Shown here one piece after another: positions 51,399-63,546 of a stretch of 64,000 nucleotides of DNA. Source of the stretch: Azolla caroliniana (Eukaryota; Plantae; Polypodiophyta). Location of the stretch: the NCBI GenBank assembly GCA_043228905.1, contig JBHGNT010000006.1, forward strand, positions 12,400,001 through 12,464,000, written 5' to 3'. The number at the start of each line of letters is the position of its first letter. Position 1 is the stretch's first letter. The notes beneath the pieces were generated by a model, which was not told the origin of the DNA, made no database searches, and worked only from the letters and a program-made list of their open reading frames with translations. Made by a program: the position numbers and the translations under genes.

Positions 51399-54300
51399 CA
51401 TACACATTGGCACCAACAGTGTATAAACCGGAGCAGCTATTGTATTCTGACATTGGGACGTTGATGCATCTGACCAAATGAGAGTACATATACGCCGCTG
51501 GTTTGTCTTCTAACAGCCTGTACACATATTCGTAGTCATCTAGTTTTGCATAAAAAATGCCTTCGATGTAGAATGTCCCGGCAGATACAAAATTTCCCCA
51601 TGCATCTACAATATTCTGCCTTGCACACTGTTTACTAACCGTGCACTTTAATATATAGAAATCAGCACCCTCTGAATTGCCTTCTTCAGCATTTACAGCG
51701 AAGTTATCCCCAACGTTCAGGACATCACTCAAAGTATCTCCAAGTCCCTCATATGTGAAGTCAGCATTCTGCCCTGTTTCTCCATCAACTGCTTCCTTAT
51801 CATTCAGAGTGTGATACTCGCAATTCTGAATGTATGCTTTGTTTAGACAATATCTCCAATTTCCCTGCACACAATGGAAGCAAAAACAAGTCAATTCTCT
51901 AACCGCAATACAATGACCATCCAACCTGGAATAACCGCGAACAGCATGCAGAGATCGCAATTCGGGAATTCCTTGGCACTCCCAGGTCTTCTCCCTATTT
52001 ACTTCATCTATCTTCACTTCCCAAAATTCACGTTTGATATCTCGAACTTGCGAGGAATAAACACCTGTGGCACTCGTCGACATATTTGTTCTTAAAAATT
52101 CAACTACATGTGATGCACAATTCATGTGCACACCATCTGTCTTTAGTTGTTCATGGGTAAGTGCCCGCTTTATAACAGCCCCTGCACCATCATGTTCACC
52201 TTTACCATGGCCAGACCCAAAAAAATTCCATCTCATCTCCAAACCTGTTATAGCAGGATACCTCCCCACAAAATAAAATGGACGTCGAGCCTTGAATTGT
52301 GACGCAGCTCCGTCAGACCAGACCCAATGTTGAGTAAGCTCCAAACGTTGAGCTAATAACCACTGCCAATGTAACTTAAAACAGTGTTGGACGAACAAGG
52401 TATCATGCTTCTTATCATCGGAAATAAAGAAATGAATTACTTTTTTAACATCACCTGAAACTCGAAAATATGTTATGTGCACAAAAATGGTTACCTGAAC
52501 TGAACACCAATGCATAGATTGAATTTCATTCTGCTGCTTGAAAGTATAATTCTCTGCGAAATCTACTACTGAGACTACTACATCATTTGGGAAATCAGAT
52601 ATGCAAGTCTTAAACTGATGGGCCTGCCATGAATAAATGAAGTTGTGTTTAATGAACTTTCCTAGAGATACTACAAACAGAGACACCAAATCCCTTGGTT
52701 TAAGCATCTTCCGAACTAGATCCTTTCTTTTACACACCTTTCCTTCGAAATTGGTGTTCACTGACTCAAATAACTTCACAGAGATCAATATTTCACTACT
52801 CAATTCATTTGGACACCACCTAAATCTAGTAGGGCCACAATCTTGACATAAACCCATGACATATTTATGAATATGGAAGATAGCGTCAGATTCTCTCGGA
52901 CACAATATTGAATCTAATAAATAACTCATGGAAGAGATAACGTGCTCAGATGATTTACACTCCTCTTGCGGGCTTGATCGACAGATTGGGCACCCACATG
53001 TGCAAACTGTATTAGTTAGGGATGCGCTATGGTGACGTAGTAGATTAACAGAGTCCTTCAGAAAACCCATCTGTACATGGTAAATGCAACAACATGTGTA
53101 TCGATCCTTTAAGCGTCTCACAAAGTGTGGCTTAAGAGACTCGAATGTTCGTAGTTGAACTTTGATAGTTGGATGCATTCGTTTGAACCTAATAAATAAA
53201 TCGACCTGCGTAATAAAGGGGAATTAGTTATTCTCGTAACTAGGTAACTATCCTAGTAGTTAATTAGCTATTCTAGTAGCTAGTTAGCTATTCTAGTAGC
53301 TAGTTAGCTATTCTAGTAGCTAATTAGCTATCATGGTAGCTAATTAGCTGTCCTAGTAGCTAATTAGTTGTCCTAGTAGCTAATTAGCTATCATGGTAGT
53401 TAATTAGCTGTCGTAGTAGCAAATTAGCTATCATGGTAGCTAATTAGCTATTCTAGTAGCTAATTAGCTATCATGGTAGCTAATTAGCTGTCGTAGTAGC
53501 TAATTAGCTATCATGGTAGCTAATTAGCTGTCCTAGTAGCTAATTAGTTGTCCTAGTAGCTAATTAGCTATCATGGTAGCTAATTAGCTGCTCTAGTGGC
53601 TAATTAGCTATCATGGTGGCTAATTAGCTTTCCTAGTAACTAATTAGCTATCATGGTAGCTAATTAGCTTGTCTAGTAGCTAATTAGCTATCATGGTGGC
53701 TAATTAGCTTTCCTAGTAACTAATTAGCTATCATGGTAGCTAATTAGCTGTCGTAGTAGCTAATTAGCTATCATGGTAGCTAATTAGCTATTCTAGTAGC
53801 TAATTAGCTATTCTAGTAGCTAATTAGCTATCATGGTAGCTAATTAGCTGTCGTAGTAGCTAATTAGCTATCATGGTAGCTAATTAGCTGTCCTAGTAGC
53901 TAATTAGTTGTCCTAGTAGCTAATTAGCTATCATGGTAGCTAATTAGCTATCATGGTGGCTAATTAGCTTTCCTAGTAACTAATTAGCTATCATGGTAGC
54001 TAATTAGCTTGTCTAGTAGCTAATTAGCTATCATGGTGGCTAATTAGCTGGTCTAGTAGCTAATTAGCTATCGTGGTAGCTAATTAGCTGGTCTAGTAGC
54101 TAATTAGCTATAATGGTGGCTGATTAGCTTTCCTAGTAACTAATTAGCTATCATGGTAGCTAATTAGCTGGTATAGTAGCTAATTAGCTATCATGGTAGC
54201 TAATTAGCTATCACGGTGGCTAATTAGCTGTCCTAGTAACTAATTAGCTATCATGGTAGCTAATTAGCTGGTCTAGTAGCTAATTAGCTATAATGGTGGC

Positions 54301-55451
54301 TAATTAGCTATCCTAACTAATTAGCTATCATGGTAGTAGCTATTGAGAGTAGCCAGTTACCTATGTAGTAGCTATCATAGTAGCTAATTAGCTATCATGG
54401 TAGCTAATTAGCTTTCCTAGTAGCTAATTAGCTGGTAATAACGAAATAGCTAACTAGCTACCATGATAGCTAACTAGCTAGCAGTACAGCTAATTATCTG
54501 GTAGTACCTAAATTAGCTATTGAGAATAGCTAATTAGCTATCATGGTAGTAACTATTGAGAGTAGCTAGTTACCTATGTAGTAGCGATCCTAGTAGCTAA
54601 CTGAGGTAAATGTAACTGATAAGCTAATTAGCTTTTCTGCTAACTGAGCTAATTAACTTTCCGAGTAGAGTCAAAATAAATGTTGAGATAAATGTAAATA
54701 CCTGAGGTACATCAAGAAGATGAATGGGATGCTCCTCGTATTGATTTCTTCCAACACGTTTCCTGCATAAATCCTTTTTATTGGGTGAAACCCTACTCTC
54801 ATTAGTCCAAAACATTGTGATTACATCCTTGATTTCAAATGTTATGGGTGTCATTGGCTTACATCTTGTAGTTAGCTTTAGTAGACTAGTTCCTTCACCC
54901 GAGGAAATTATACGGTTCATTGTATTGTACACTGTTTTTCTACTAACACCAATTACCTTAGATAGCTCACTGATGTTTATATCGTCAACATCACTATTAA
55001 GTAACATCATTAGACTAGACCTTTTTAAGACAAGATCATCTTCTGACCTGCTCATGGATACGAAACTATTACGAAGATTATTTACTAAAATAGATGATAT
55101 GTTTGCATTAAGACCATCACAATCAACTAAGTCCTTTATCGATGGATCATTACATATTCCATAAAGTACTACCTTCTTTTCTTCATTGCTGATGTGCTTG
55201 GTTTGAACATTGAAATAGTCTACAACCTTTCTCTCTATGATGGTAGTCGCATTACTTACATTCTCAGCTAAACTATCCTTACCTTTACTGAGTGTGGCTT
55301 TCGTATCCTTCAACAATTGACGATGTTTCCTTTTTTTTTCTGCCCAATAGTTTCGTATGGCTTGTTGTGTCCTGATAACATCATCCCTATCCTTATGATC
55401 ATTGAGGGGTAATTCTAAACACCCTTCTTCCCCTTCCATTTGGCTAGACAT
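51364..55451 (-). CDS. Sola2-like DDD transposase, two exons (55451-54702 and 53205-51364), about 863 aa, no lesions seen
   Basis: Motifs VVDFAENY, QNEIQSMHW, HDTLFV, WSDGAASQFK, FFGSGHGKGEHDGAG and a C-terminal CFCFHC. Phase-0 splice CAG|GTATT...CGCAG|GTC gives HLLDVPQ-VDLFIRFKRMHPTIK in frame. Confidence 0.88.
53225..54655. repeat. 20-bp palindromic minisatellite filling the transposase intron (53206-54701)
   Basis: Near-strict 20-bp period, e.g. TAATTAGCTATCATGGTAGC alternating with TAATTAGCTGTCCTAGTAGC. Confidence 0.95.
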
Positions 55452-55787
55452 GTTAAAACCCTAAATTTCCAGAAAAAAAAACAAGTATTAAAGATGGCTA
55501 TGGGCAACAACAATACACAAAAATATTCCACACAATACACAAGATTAGACACAACAATACACAAGATAATCAATAGACAGAAAAGTTATTGCAATCCAAG
55601 ACCGAATAGTAGAGGATTTCACTCTGTTGGATCCAACAGTTGAGGAGGCGATCCAAGACCGACCAATGGCAACAACTGAGTGTAGAATGTTGCCGTTGGA
55701 TGAGTGAACTCCGTCAAATCGAAATGTGGAAGCAATCCGGGACTGGACAGTAGTGGCAACTGAGTATAGAATGATGGCAATGGAGGA

Positions 55788-56521
55788 GAGAACCCCGTCA
55801 GATTGAACAGTTACCGATGATGCTTGAAACGCACATAGAAGGCACTTGAGAATAGAGTGGCATAGAGAAGAGAACCCCGTCAGATTGAACAGTTACCAAT
55901 GATGCTTGAAACGCACAGTAGCGGCCCCTGAGTGAGAGTGGAAAAGAGAAGAGAACCCCGTCAGATTGAACAGTTACCAATGATGCTTGAAACGCACAGT
56001 AGCGGCCCCTGAGTGAGAGTGGAAAAGAGAAGAGAACCCCGTCAGATTGAATAGCTCTTTGATTATGCTTGGAACGCACAGTAGCAACCCCTGAGTGTAG
56101 AGTGGCAAAGAGAAGAGAACCCCGTCAGATTGAACAGCTCTTTGATGATGCTTGGAACGCACAGCAGCGGCCCCTGAGTGTAGAGTAGCACAGAGAAGAG
56201 AACCCCCTCAGATTGAACAGCTCTTTGATGATGCTTGGAACGCACAGTAATGGCCCCTGAGTGTAGAGTGGCACAGAGAAGAGAACCCCCTCAGATTGAA
56301 CAGCTCTTTGATGATGCTTGGAACGCACAGTAATGGCCCCTGAGTGTAGAGTGGCACAGAGAAGAGAACCCCGTCAGATTGAACAGCTCTTTGATGATGC
56401 TTGGAATGCACAGTAGTGGCCCCTGAGTGTAGAGTGTCACAGAGAAGAGAACCCCGTCAGATTGAGCAGCTCTTTGATGATGCTTGGAACGCACAGTAGC
56501 GGCCCCTCAGTGTAGAGTGGC
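55788..56521. repeat. 81-83-bp tandem repeat (about 9 copies) upstream of the transposase ATG
   Basis: Unit GAGAACCCCGTCAGATTGAACAGCTCTTTGATGATGCTTGGAACGCACAGTAGCGGCCCCTGAGTGTAGAGTGGCACAGAGAA. Confidence 0.93.
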
Positions 56522-56849
56522 GGCAGGTGGACTCGATAGGGTTTAGCAACAGTGGTAGCAACTAACCCACAGTACTCAACTAGAGATGGCCTACGTGATG
56601 TGGCAAAGGATCATGCATAATGGACCTAGGAATTCGATATATAATTTATGGTACACATTTATGGTGCACACATCAATTTATGTTACACATTTATGGCACT
56701 CATTTACATATGTAATTAAAACACTCTAGTATTTTCAATGGTAGTTTTTTGCATACTTAATTTATTAATGATGGCTTTTTACTAAAATGACTATTTATCA
56801 ATGGTAGCTTTTTGCATAGCTAATTAGCTATGTCAAGGACATAGCTAAT

Positions 56850-56874
56850 TGTTTCCACTCGCATGCTTTCACCC
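56850..56874 (-). repeat. Right TIR of the inner transposon
   Basis: TGTTTCCACTCGCATGCTTTCACCC, the reverse complement of the left TIR with 1 mismatch. Confidence 0.95.
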
Positions 56875-58150
56875 AGATGGAATATGGAGACGGGCAGTCC
56901 GTAGTGACGAGAAACAAGTAATCTTACGGGAAGCACACTGTGGGGTTGCCGGAGGACACTATGCCGGGGAAGCGACGGCAAGGAAAGTATGGCAGAGCGG
57001 CTTATGGTGGCCCACGACGTTAAAAGACGCCGTCAAGTATGCTAAGGAATGTGACCTATGCCAACGAATGGGCGAGCCTACGGAGCAAGCACGGATGCCA
57101 CACCAACCGGTACTTCCACTAGAGCCATTCCAGAAGTGGGGGTTGGATTTTGTCGGACCGTTCAAGCCACCGGCAATGAGAACGGGTAATCGTTATGTCA
57201 TCGTGGCAACAGATTATTGCACTAAATGGGTGGAGGCTAAGGCCTTGAGAGACAACACCGCGTCATCCACAGCAAAATTCCTGTACGAAAACATTTGGTG
57301 CCGATATGGATGTCCGATTGAATTAATCAGCGACCAAGGAGGGCACTTCCTCGGCCAGGTAGTTGAAAGCTTAACAACGTTCTATGCCGTGGTCCATAAA
57401 CGGAGCACACCGTACTACCCACAAGCAAACGGGTTAGCAGAGTCAACCAACAAAACGCTCCAGAACATTCTCCGCAAAATCGTCAATGAAAACCGGACGG
57501 ACTGGGATACAAAGCTCCATAGCGCGCTATGGGCGTACCGAACGGCATACAAAACAAGTATCCGAACAACGCCGTTCCGGTTAGCGTTCGGCTTAGAGGC
57601 GGTCATGTTGGTGGAATTTCAGGTACCAAGCTTACGAATCCAACTACGGGAACGGCTGAATGAAAAGGAGTCGGAGGAAATGCGGCTAGCAGCACTATGC
57701 GAACTGGAGGAGCAACGGCTGGCCAGCATCCTACACATGGAACTGGAGCAACGACGACGGAAAGCGTTCGTTGACCGTCACCGGAAAGGTAATAAAAAGA
57801 TGTTCGAAATCGGAAAGCCGGTGCTAGTATTCCAAACGAGGATGGGCAAGATGCCGGGTAAACTCCGGTTTAGATGGACAGGCCCGTATTGGCTGACACG
57901 GGAATACAACGGGTCCTATCAGTTAGGGACACTTGCCGGTGAAGTGCTAGGCAAGTGGGTCAACGGATTTAGACTAAAGCCCTATAAAGGACCGATGCCA
58001 AATAACCCGTTTATGCAGCCCACCGGCACTATACCGGGAACGGTACGGATGGAAGAAAAAGACGACGGGGAACCCGTAGCAGAGGCGAAGGAAGACACGG
58101 CAACCCGTAAGGAAAACGGTAAGGGTCCGAAGGGACCTACGGATGTGTAA
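56875..58150 (+). pseudogene. pol: Gypsy pol 3' part (integrase)
   Basis: HHCC (EAH..GGHY..CDLC), WGLDFVGP, LISDQGGHF, PQANGLAESTN, and GPY module WTGPY. Confidence 0.95.
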
Positions 58151-58169
58151 GATCACATACCGTCATTTA

Positions 58170-58174
58170 TATAA

Positions 58175-58209
<35 letters not shown>

Positions 58210-58212
58210 AAA
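58170..58212. repeat. (AAAT)n microsatellite between integrase and the extra ORF
   Basis: About 9-10 AAAT units. Confidence 0.9.
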
Positions 58213-58539
58213 TCATTAAAAATCGAGGTATGAACGGACGTGAAAGCAAGGAGCGAAAAGGTACGTAGTGGGCATTTAAGAGCCGCCACATTACTTAATA
58301 CTAAATTGGTACACGACGTGCGCATGCTCGGAAAAGGCGCCAAGACGCACAGAGAAAAAGCAGAACGCATGGAGACCTTTTCATTTCGCGAGCCAAGAAG
58401 CACAGAAGCACCAAGGCAGTGGAAGCTTAGCAAACGCGAACCTGCACTCAGAGAACCCCCACGTTCGGAACTCTCTCTCTCTCGCTCTCACTCTCATCAC
58501 CACTCTACCTCGCCATCTTTCCTCGACCTCGAAGCAGAC

Positions 58540-61209
58540 ATGGAACCACAAACGCTGTCGGAAGCGGCCAGGAAATGGCTCAGGCAACACGGACTGGATG
58601 GGTTCTTGACCATCATGGAGGCACCACCGCACAAAGAAGCCGACCGGGTCATCAAGGAGCTCGACACAGAAGTCATCACCGAGGAAGCGATCCGTGCGCT
58701 AACAGGCCTTCCGGAGGGAGGTATTTTTCAGATCGATAACCCAACCTCGGAGCAACTCATCCGATATTTCGGAGAGTACTCTCTAGCCGGCAAAGGCTAT
58801 CGAATGCAGGGCGGCGAAGATCTGCTATTCAGGGAGATAGCTCGAGTGCTCCATGAGTACGGCCACGTGTACCCCCGACCCCCTGTCATGCCAAAAAATC
58901 GGGCAGGGATGATCATAGCCACCTATGAAGGGATCAAGGTGGATTGGCCGGTGTTGATTGCAGACGGTTTGTGCGCGGAAATCGACACGGTACGAGGAAA
59001 GGACGGCAAGGAGGGCCGGAAGTTGTGGCATGCCGTAGCTCAGTGGATAACATTGCTCGCGCCGCCGGTCGAGACCATCCAGCCAAAGAAGCGGCCAAGA
59101 TTATCGGAAGGAAGCACCTCGAAACCCGCGTCCAAACGACAGCAGCTGCTGGCGTCGAAGGCGACGAAAGGGAAGAAACGGCTCCCAGACCTAGAGGAGG
59201 TGTCACCGGTTCGACCCGTTAAGATAACCATACGGCGACCGGGACAGAAGGAACCGGAACCCTTGACGGCACAGATACATGCCGTTACCCAGGAAGAGGA
59301 AACGGAGGAGCCAGTAGAGCACCTCCAACGACGGTCAAGAAGTAGGACCGCCGGGACAGCGGGGGAGCGTTCGGACCCGCAAAAGGAAGAAACGCCCCCA
59401 ACTCAACCTGAGCAAACCACAAGGGAGGAACCGGAACCGGTGCGTATAGAACCGGCCTTGTCGACTTCTATACAAGAAGTCATTCCAACGGCTCCGGAGA
59501 CGGCGAGAACCGGAACTCAACAACCGGCGATCCCAGCCAGCACACACAGCGGCCAAGGAGTAGAACCAGAACGGCAGATACAGGCACTCAGGCCAGACAA
59601 TTCCACAGTGAACGAGCCGACCCGACCAGTACAGCAGCAAGGCACCAGTAGCATGTGGCTACGGTGGGTAGGCGAGCAGATCACCGGAGCGGTCGAGTAC
59701 ATAGAGGCGGAGGAGAGAGCGCACCACGAACGGTTGCTCGTCACAACTGTAGATCTAGAGACGGCCCGGTCCAGAATCCGGAGCCTTGAACAAGACTTGG
59801 ACAGGGTCACAAGGGAAATGGCTCAATTGGCTTTGACAACACAAGTCCAAGCACCGGTGACTCCGGGCAATGTACAAAATAAAGCGTCAGATCAACCTGT
59901 ACATAGCAATCAGACCCCGGCAACGGAAACCGTTCCGAAGAGAAATGCGGCACAAGCCCAAGAGCTTGCGGACTTAAAGGATGAGCTAGCTGCCCAAGAA
60001 GTGCTGAGGAGCCGCGAAAGAGAGTTGAAGACGGCAGCGGAGGCAGAACTCAAAAAGACTGCTGAGAATCTACGCCGGGCAGAGGAGAGCTTACGAAAAG
60101 GCCACCAAGCGTACGACCGGCTCAAGGAGGAGAAGGAGAAAATGCTGCAAGAGAAGGACAGGCTCCGGAGAAATGCCGAAACAGAAGTAGAGCGCCTGAA
60201 AGAGGAACTCCGGCAGCTAAAGGACCGGGAGGATCGGAACCATCGCCAGATCAACGGCAAGCTCAAACAAAAAACGGAGGAATTTGAGCACTTGCACCGG
60301 GAGTATAAACGGTTGCAAACGGAGCACAAGGAACGGACGGATGAGCTCCGGCAAGCAGTTGATCGGACCGCAACGGCATACGCTAAGGAACAAGCGGAAA
60401 CCAGAAGACGGTTGGAAGAGGCGGAGAAGGTTCGGACAGAGCTCCTCAGGCAACAGCAGGCGGAAAAAGAAAGAGCGGCGGAGGTACTGCAGAGGCTGCA
60501 AACAACATATCAAGGGCAGCTGACGCGCTACAGAGAGCAGGCGGAGGATACGGCTAATCTCATCAAGCAGTTGAAGGAGGAACGACAAGTTGTGGAAAGT
60601 AGAGCGCAAATGGGAGCAAGTCGCATCCAGGATATCATGCGGGCCTGGTTGAACTAGACCAAGAGCTTGATTGACAACGGTTCCGTCAAATGGTGGACCA
60701 AGTGGGCCCCGAACGCGGCGGAACTCCAATTGCTCCGGGCCGACGTAGAGAACCGGCGGAAGGAGGGAGATGATTGCTATATGCTGACTTCCGAAGACTT
60801 CACCGGCATAAGAGATGAGCTGGCCGAAGACTTTCAAGCCTTGGCAGAGGACCAACTAGGGCAAGTCCGGCAACTTGTAGCTCAGCTGGACGACGACAGG
60901 CTGGAGGCGCAGATCCAGTTTGAAAGCTACAAGAGGTCCCGGATCCGGGAAGAGAAAGCACGAGAACCAGTAACGGTCAACCTCAGTGATGAGGACCCGT
61001 TACTGGAAGGAGACCGGACCGGAAGCAGTCAAACGGGGATGCCGGAGTCAGAGAAACAAACGGAGCAGCCGCCTATAGAGCAGCCGGAGCAGTCTCAGTC
61101 CCAACCGCAACCACAGCAGCAGCAGCAAGCACAGCCGCAACAACCACAACCGGAAGAACAATTGGAAACTCTGGAACAAAGTATTTTGGACAATTTGGGT
61201 GAACAATGA
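58540..61209 (+). CDS. Gypsy 3' extra ORF (globular N-terminus, P/E/T-rich linker, long coiled coil, Q-rich tail) with one in-frame TAG at 60655-60657
   Basis: ORFs 58240-60657 and 60667-61209 are in the same frame. Likely start is MEPQTLSE at 58540, and it ends 52 nt before the 3' LTR. Confidence 0.75.
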
Positions 61210-61261
61210 AGGGGCCGAGAAGGGTTCGACGTACAAGGTACTGTCCCACGGGCGTGCCATG

Positions 61262-61680
61262 TGTTACCGGCCGGCAAGGAGTCCAAAATACGGAGTGAAG
61301 GAATTAATTAAGTATGGTTGTAAATAAGCATAGTGTGGACGGACGGACTGGAAACGGTATGCCGTTCCAGATCCGGACGGATCCCGAATAGGTGCGATAG
61401 GCACCGTTTTGTACTACGGGCCGGAAACCTATTTAAAGGCCCGGACCCCATTGTAATCGCAGCGGATAATTAATAGAGCGTATGGTGTTTATACTTCTGT
61501 GTTGATTTCCGTTCTGTACTTACTGTTATATCTTACGCGTGTAATTAACAAAAGCGCTCTAATCGTGTAACCTACTTAGGTCGGTGTAATCGTTGAGTCA
61601 TAATCCTATGCCGTAATCACCCTTTGGTGAAGTGTCTCCGTGACACCTTGTGTTAGGCCTTGTCCGGTCAGAGAATAACA
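61262..61680 (+). repeat. 3' LTR of the gypsy element
   Basis: TGTTA...TAACA followed by TSD AAGTG. Confidence 0.96.
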
Positions 61681-61867
61681 AAGTGTATATTTTGTGGCCT
61701 CGGATTCAAGCTGGAGGCTATCGATGTTGTGATTACACTGTGCTTGCACACATATCATGTGCTATGTGCTAAGTATCATTTTGAGAAAGAGAATACATGT
61801 ATGGACTGTAAAACTACAATTGCGGCTGAGAGGTACTATGCTTGGGATTTAAAAGTACACCCGTACG
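61681..61867 (+). pseudogene. RING-finger exon of the outer cargo gene, disrupted at its start by the gypsy insertion
   Basis: Rejoining 39249-39254 with 61681 gives STKCIFCGLG...LCLHTYHVLC...CMDC, homologous to inner CIACGLG...CNHTYHLLC. Phase-1 donor G|GTATGT at 61868. Confidence 0.8.
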
Positions 61868-62089
61868 GTATGTGGCTCTACTATTCTATTGTTTGTATTA
61901 TATGATGTCAATTTACATTTGGATTAGAACTAGTGTACGCCACAATTCATACTTCAAATTTAGGAGAACAATGGATTAGTATTAGTGTATCTCTAACAAC
62001 TAATATGTGGAACCCTAATTATGTGGGTTAGTATTGGCAGTACTCTTAATATATAATTGATATGTGTAGTTGAAGGGATATTTTCCAAA

Positions 62090-63260
62090 ATTAGTACTAA
62101 AAGGGAACCAGGCACATCACCCGTACAACATCGTCCAATCTATATTGCAACTTGCCTAGTACTAGTTTAGTAGACACTATACTTGTAGTACACTGTTGAC
62201 TGTTAGTATTGTTTGTGTAACTTGGGAATTAGTACTAGTTATGTAATTTGGGAACAAGGTGTATAGTCAATTGCTGAATATTAGTACAGTTTGTGTAATT
62301 TGGAAAGGAGGTGTGTCAAACACATATCACGTTTAGTACTAATATTGTTCAAGATTAATACTTTTGGTGTAATTAGTACAAGCTATGTAATTAGGTGTGT
62401 AGAGCACATATCACGTTTAGTATTACTTGTGTGCAGAATACCACGTTAGTACTAAAATCCAATCTACATTTGTTGGATTAGATGTTAGTCCAATCTACAT
62501 TACAACGTGCCTAGTACTAGGGTTAGTACACACTATACTTGTAGTACATTTTTGACGATTAGTACTTAGCAAGTAGTACATTGTTCATGATTAGTACTAG
62601 TTCTATAAATTGGGAACTAAGTGAGTAGTACATTGCTCATGATTAGTACTAGTTTTGTAAATTGGGAACTAAGTGAGTAGTACATTGCTCATGATTAGTA
62701 CTAGTTTTGTAATTTGGGAACTAAGTGAGTAGTACATTGTTCAGGATTAGTACTCCTTGTGTAATTTGGGAACTAAGTGAGTAGTGCATTGTGCATGATT
62801 AGTACTACTTGTGTAAATTGGGAACTAAGTGAGCAGTACATTGTTCATTATTAGTACTACTTCTGTTCCTTATTAGTACTAGTTCAGTAATTTAGGAACT
62901 AAGTGAGTAGTATATTGTTCAGGATTAGTACATTGTTCATGATTAGTACTATTTGAGTAATTTAGGAACTAAGTGAGTAGTATATTGTTCAGGATTAGTA
63001 CATTGTTCATGATTAGTACTATTTGTGTAATTTGGCAACTAAGTGAGTGGTACATTGTTTATGATTAGTACTCCTTCTGTAATTTGACCAAGTTAGTAGT
63101 ACATTGTTCATGATTAGTACTACTTGTGTAAATTGGGAACTGAGTAGTACATTGTTCACGATTAGTACTAGTTGTGTAATATGGGAACTAGGTGTAGCTT
63201 AATGAATTAGTAATGCAACTCTTGTGACCTACATTGTATATTTTATATCACGGTACTAAC
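62090..63260. repeat. TAGTACTA/TAGTAC palindrome-rich minisatellite (~54-bp unit) in the intron after the outer RING exon
   Basis: Unit like GATTAGTACTAGTTTTGTAAATTGGGAACTAAGTGAGTAGTACATTGCTCAT. Confidence 0.88.
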
Positions 63261-63298
63261 ATTGAAGGTTTTTTGGTTTCTTGCAATGAATGTTATAG

Positions 63299-63546
63299 TG
63301 TCAAGCAACTCCACGCCAGGGAAGGTAATGGAACAGCCGGCCCCTGTGCCTAAACCCTCGGTATCTGCTGAACATTCCAAGGTTAAAGGACCATCATTAC
63401 CAATAACCTATGAGTTTTATGATGAAGATGAATGTATGAGAAGGGCCATTGGAGCAGTGGAACATATGCTTCTACAAACAAATTCCCCAAGCTCCAGTCA
63501 ACATCAAAACAATCCAGGTAACACAAATTTTGCCAACATATCTTAA
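63299..63546 (+). pseudogene. Probable next exon of the outer cargo gene (low-complexity linker)
   Basis: Branch-like TACTAAC at ~63254 and a phase-1 acceptor TTATAG at 63298, in frame with ORF 63262-63546. Confidence 0.5.

Larger units (their letters stand above)
44326..56874 (-). mobile_element. Complete Sola2-like DNA transposon, 12,549 bp
   Basis: 25-bp TIRs with 1 mismatch starting GGG, 4-bp TSD AGAT (44322-44325 and 56875-56878). Excision restores pol KGADGIWRR. Encodes a DDD-type transposase. Confidence 0.93.
39260..61680 (+). mobile_element. Ty3/gypsy LTR retrotransposon, non-chromovirus Athila-like, with a 3' extra ORF; about 9.9 kb without the nested transposon
   Basis: 419-bp LTRs with 2 differences, 5-bp TSD AAGTG (39255-39259 and 61681-61685), gag-PR-RT-RH-INT order. 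No chromodomain or second RNase H seen. Confidence 0.95.

Noticed and set aside
55788-56521. Regular 83-bp repeats as a CRISPR array
   Set aside because: The whole unit is repeated with no unique spacers, there are no cas genes, and the context is a eukaryotic transposon.
44326-56874. CACTA, hAT, Mutator, piggyBac or Helitron classification
   Set aside because: GGG termini, 25-bp TIRs and a 4-bp non-TTAA TSD do not fit these groups, and no Rep/helicase motifs are present.
56849-56874. Independent start of the integrase ORF (MFPLACFHP)
   Set aside because: These codons are the right TIR. Real pol sequence resumes at the TSD.
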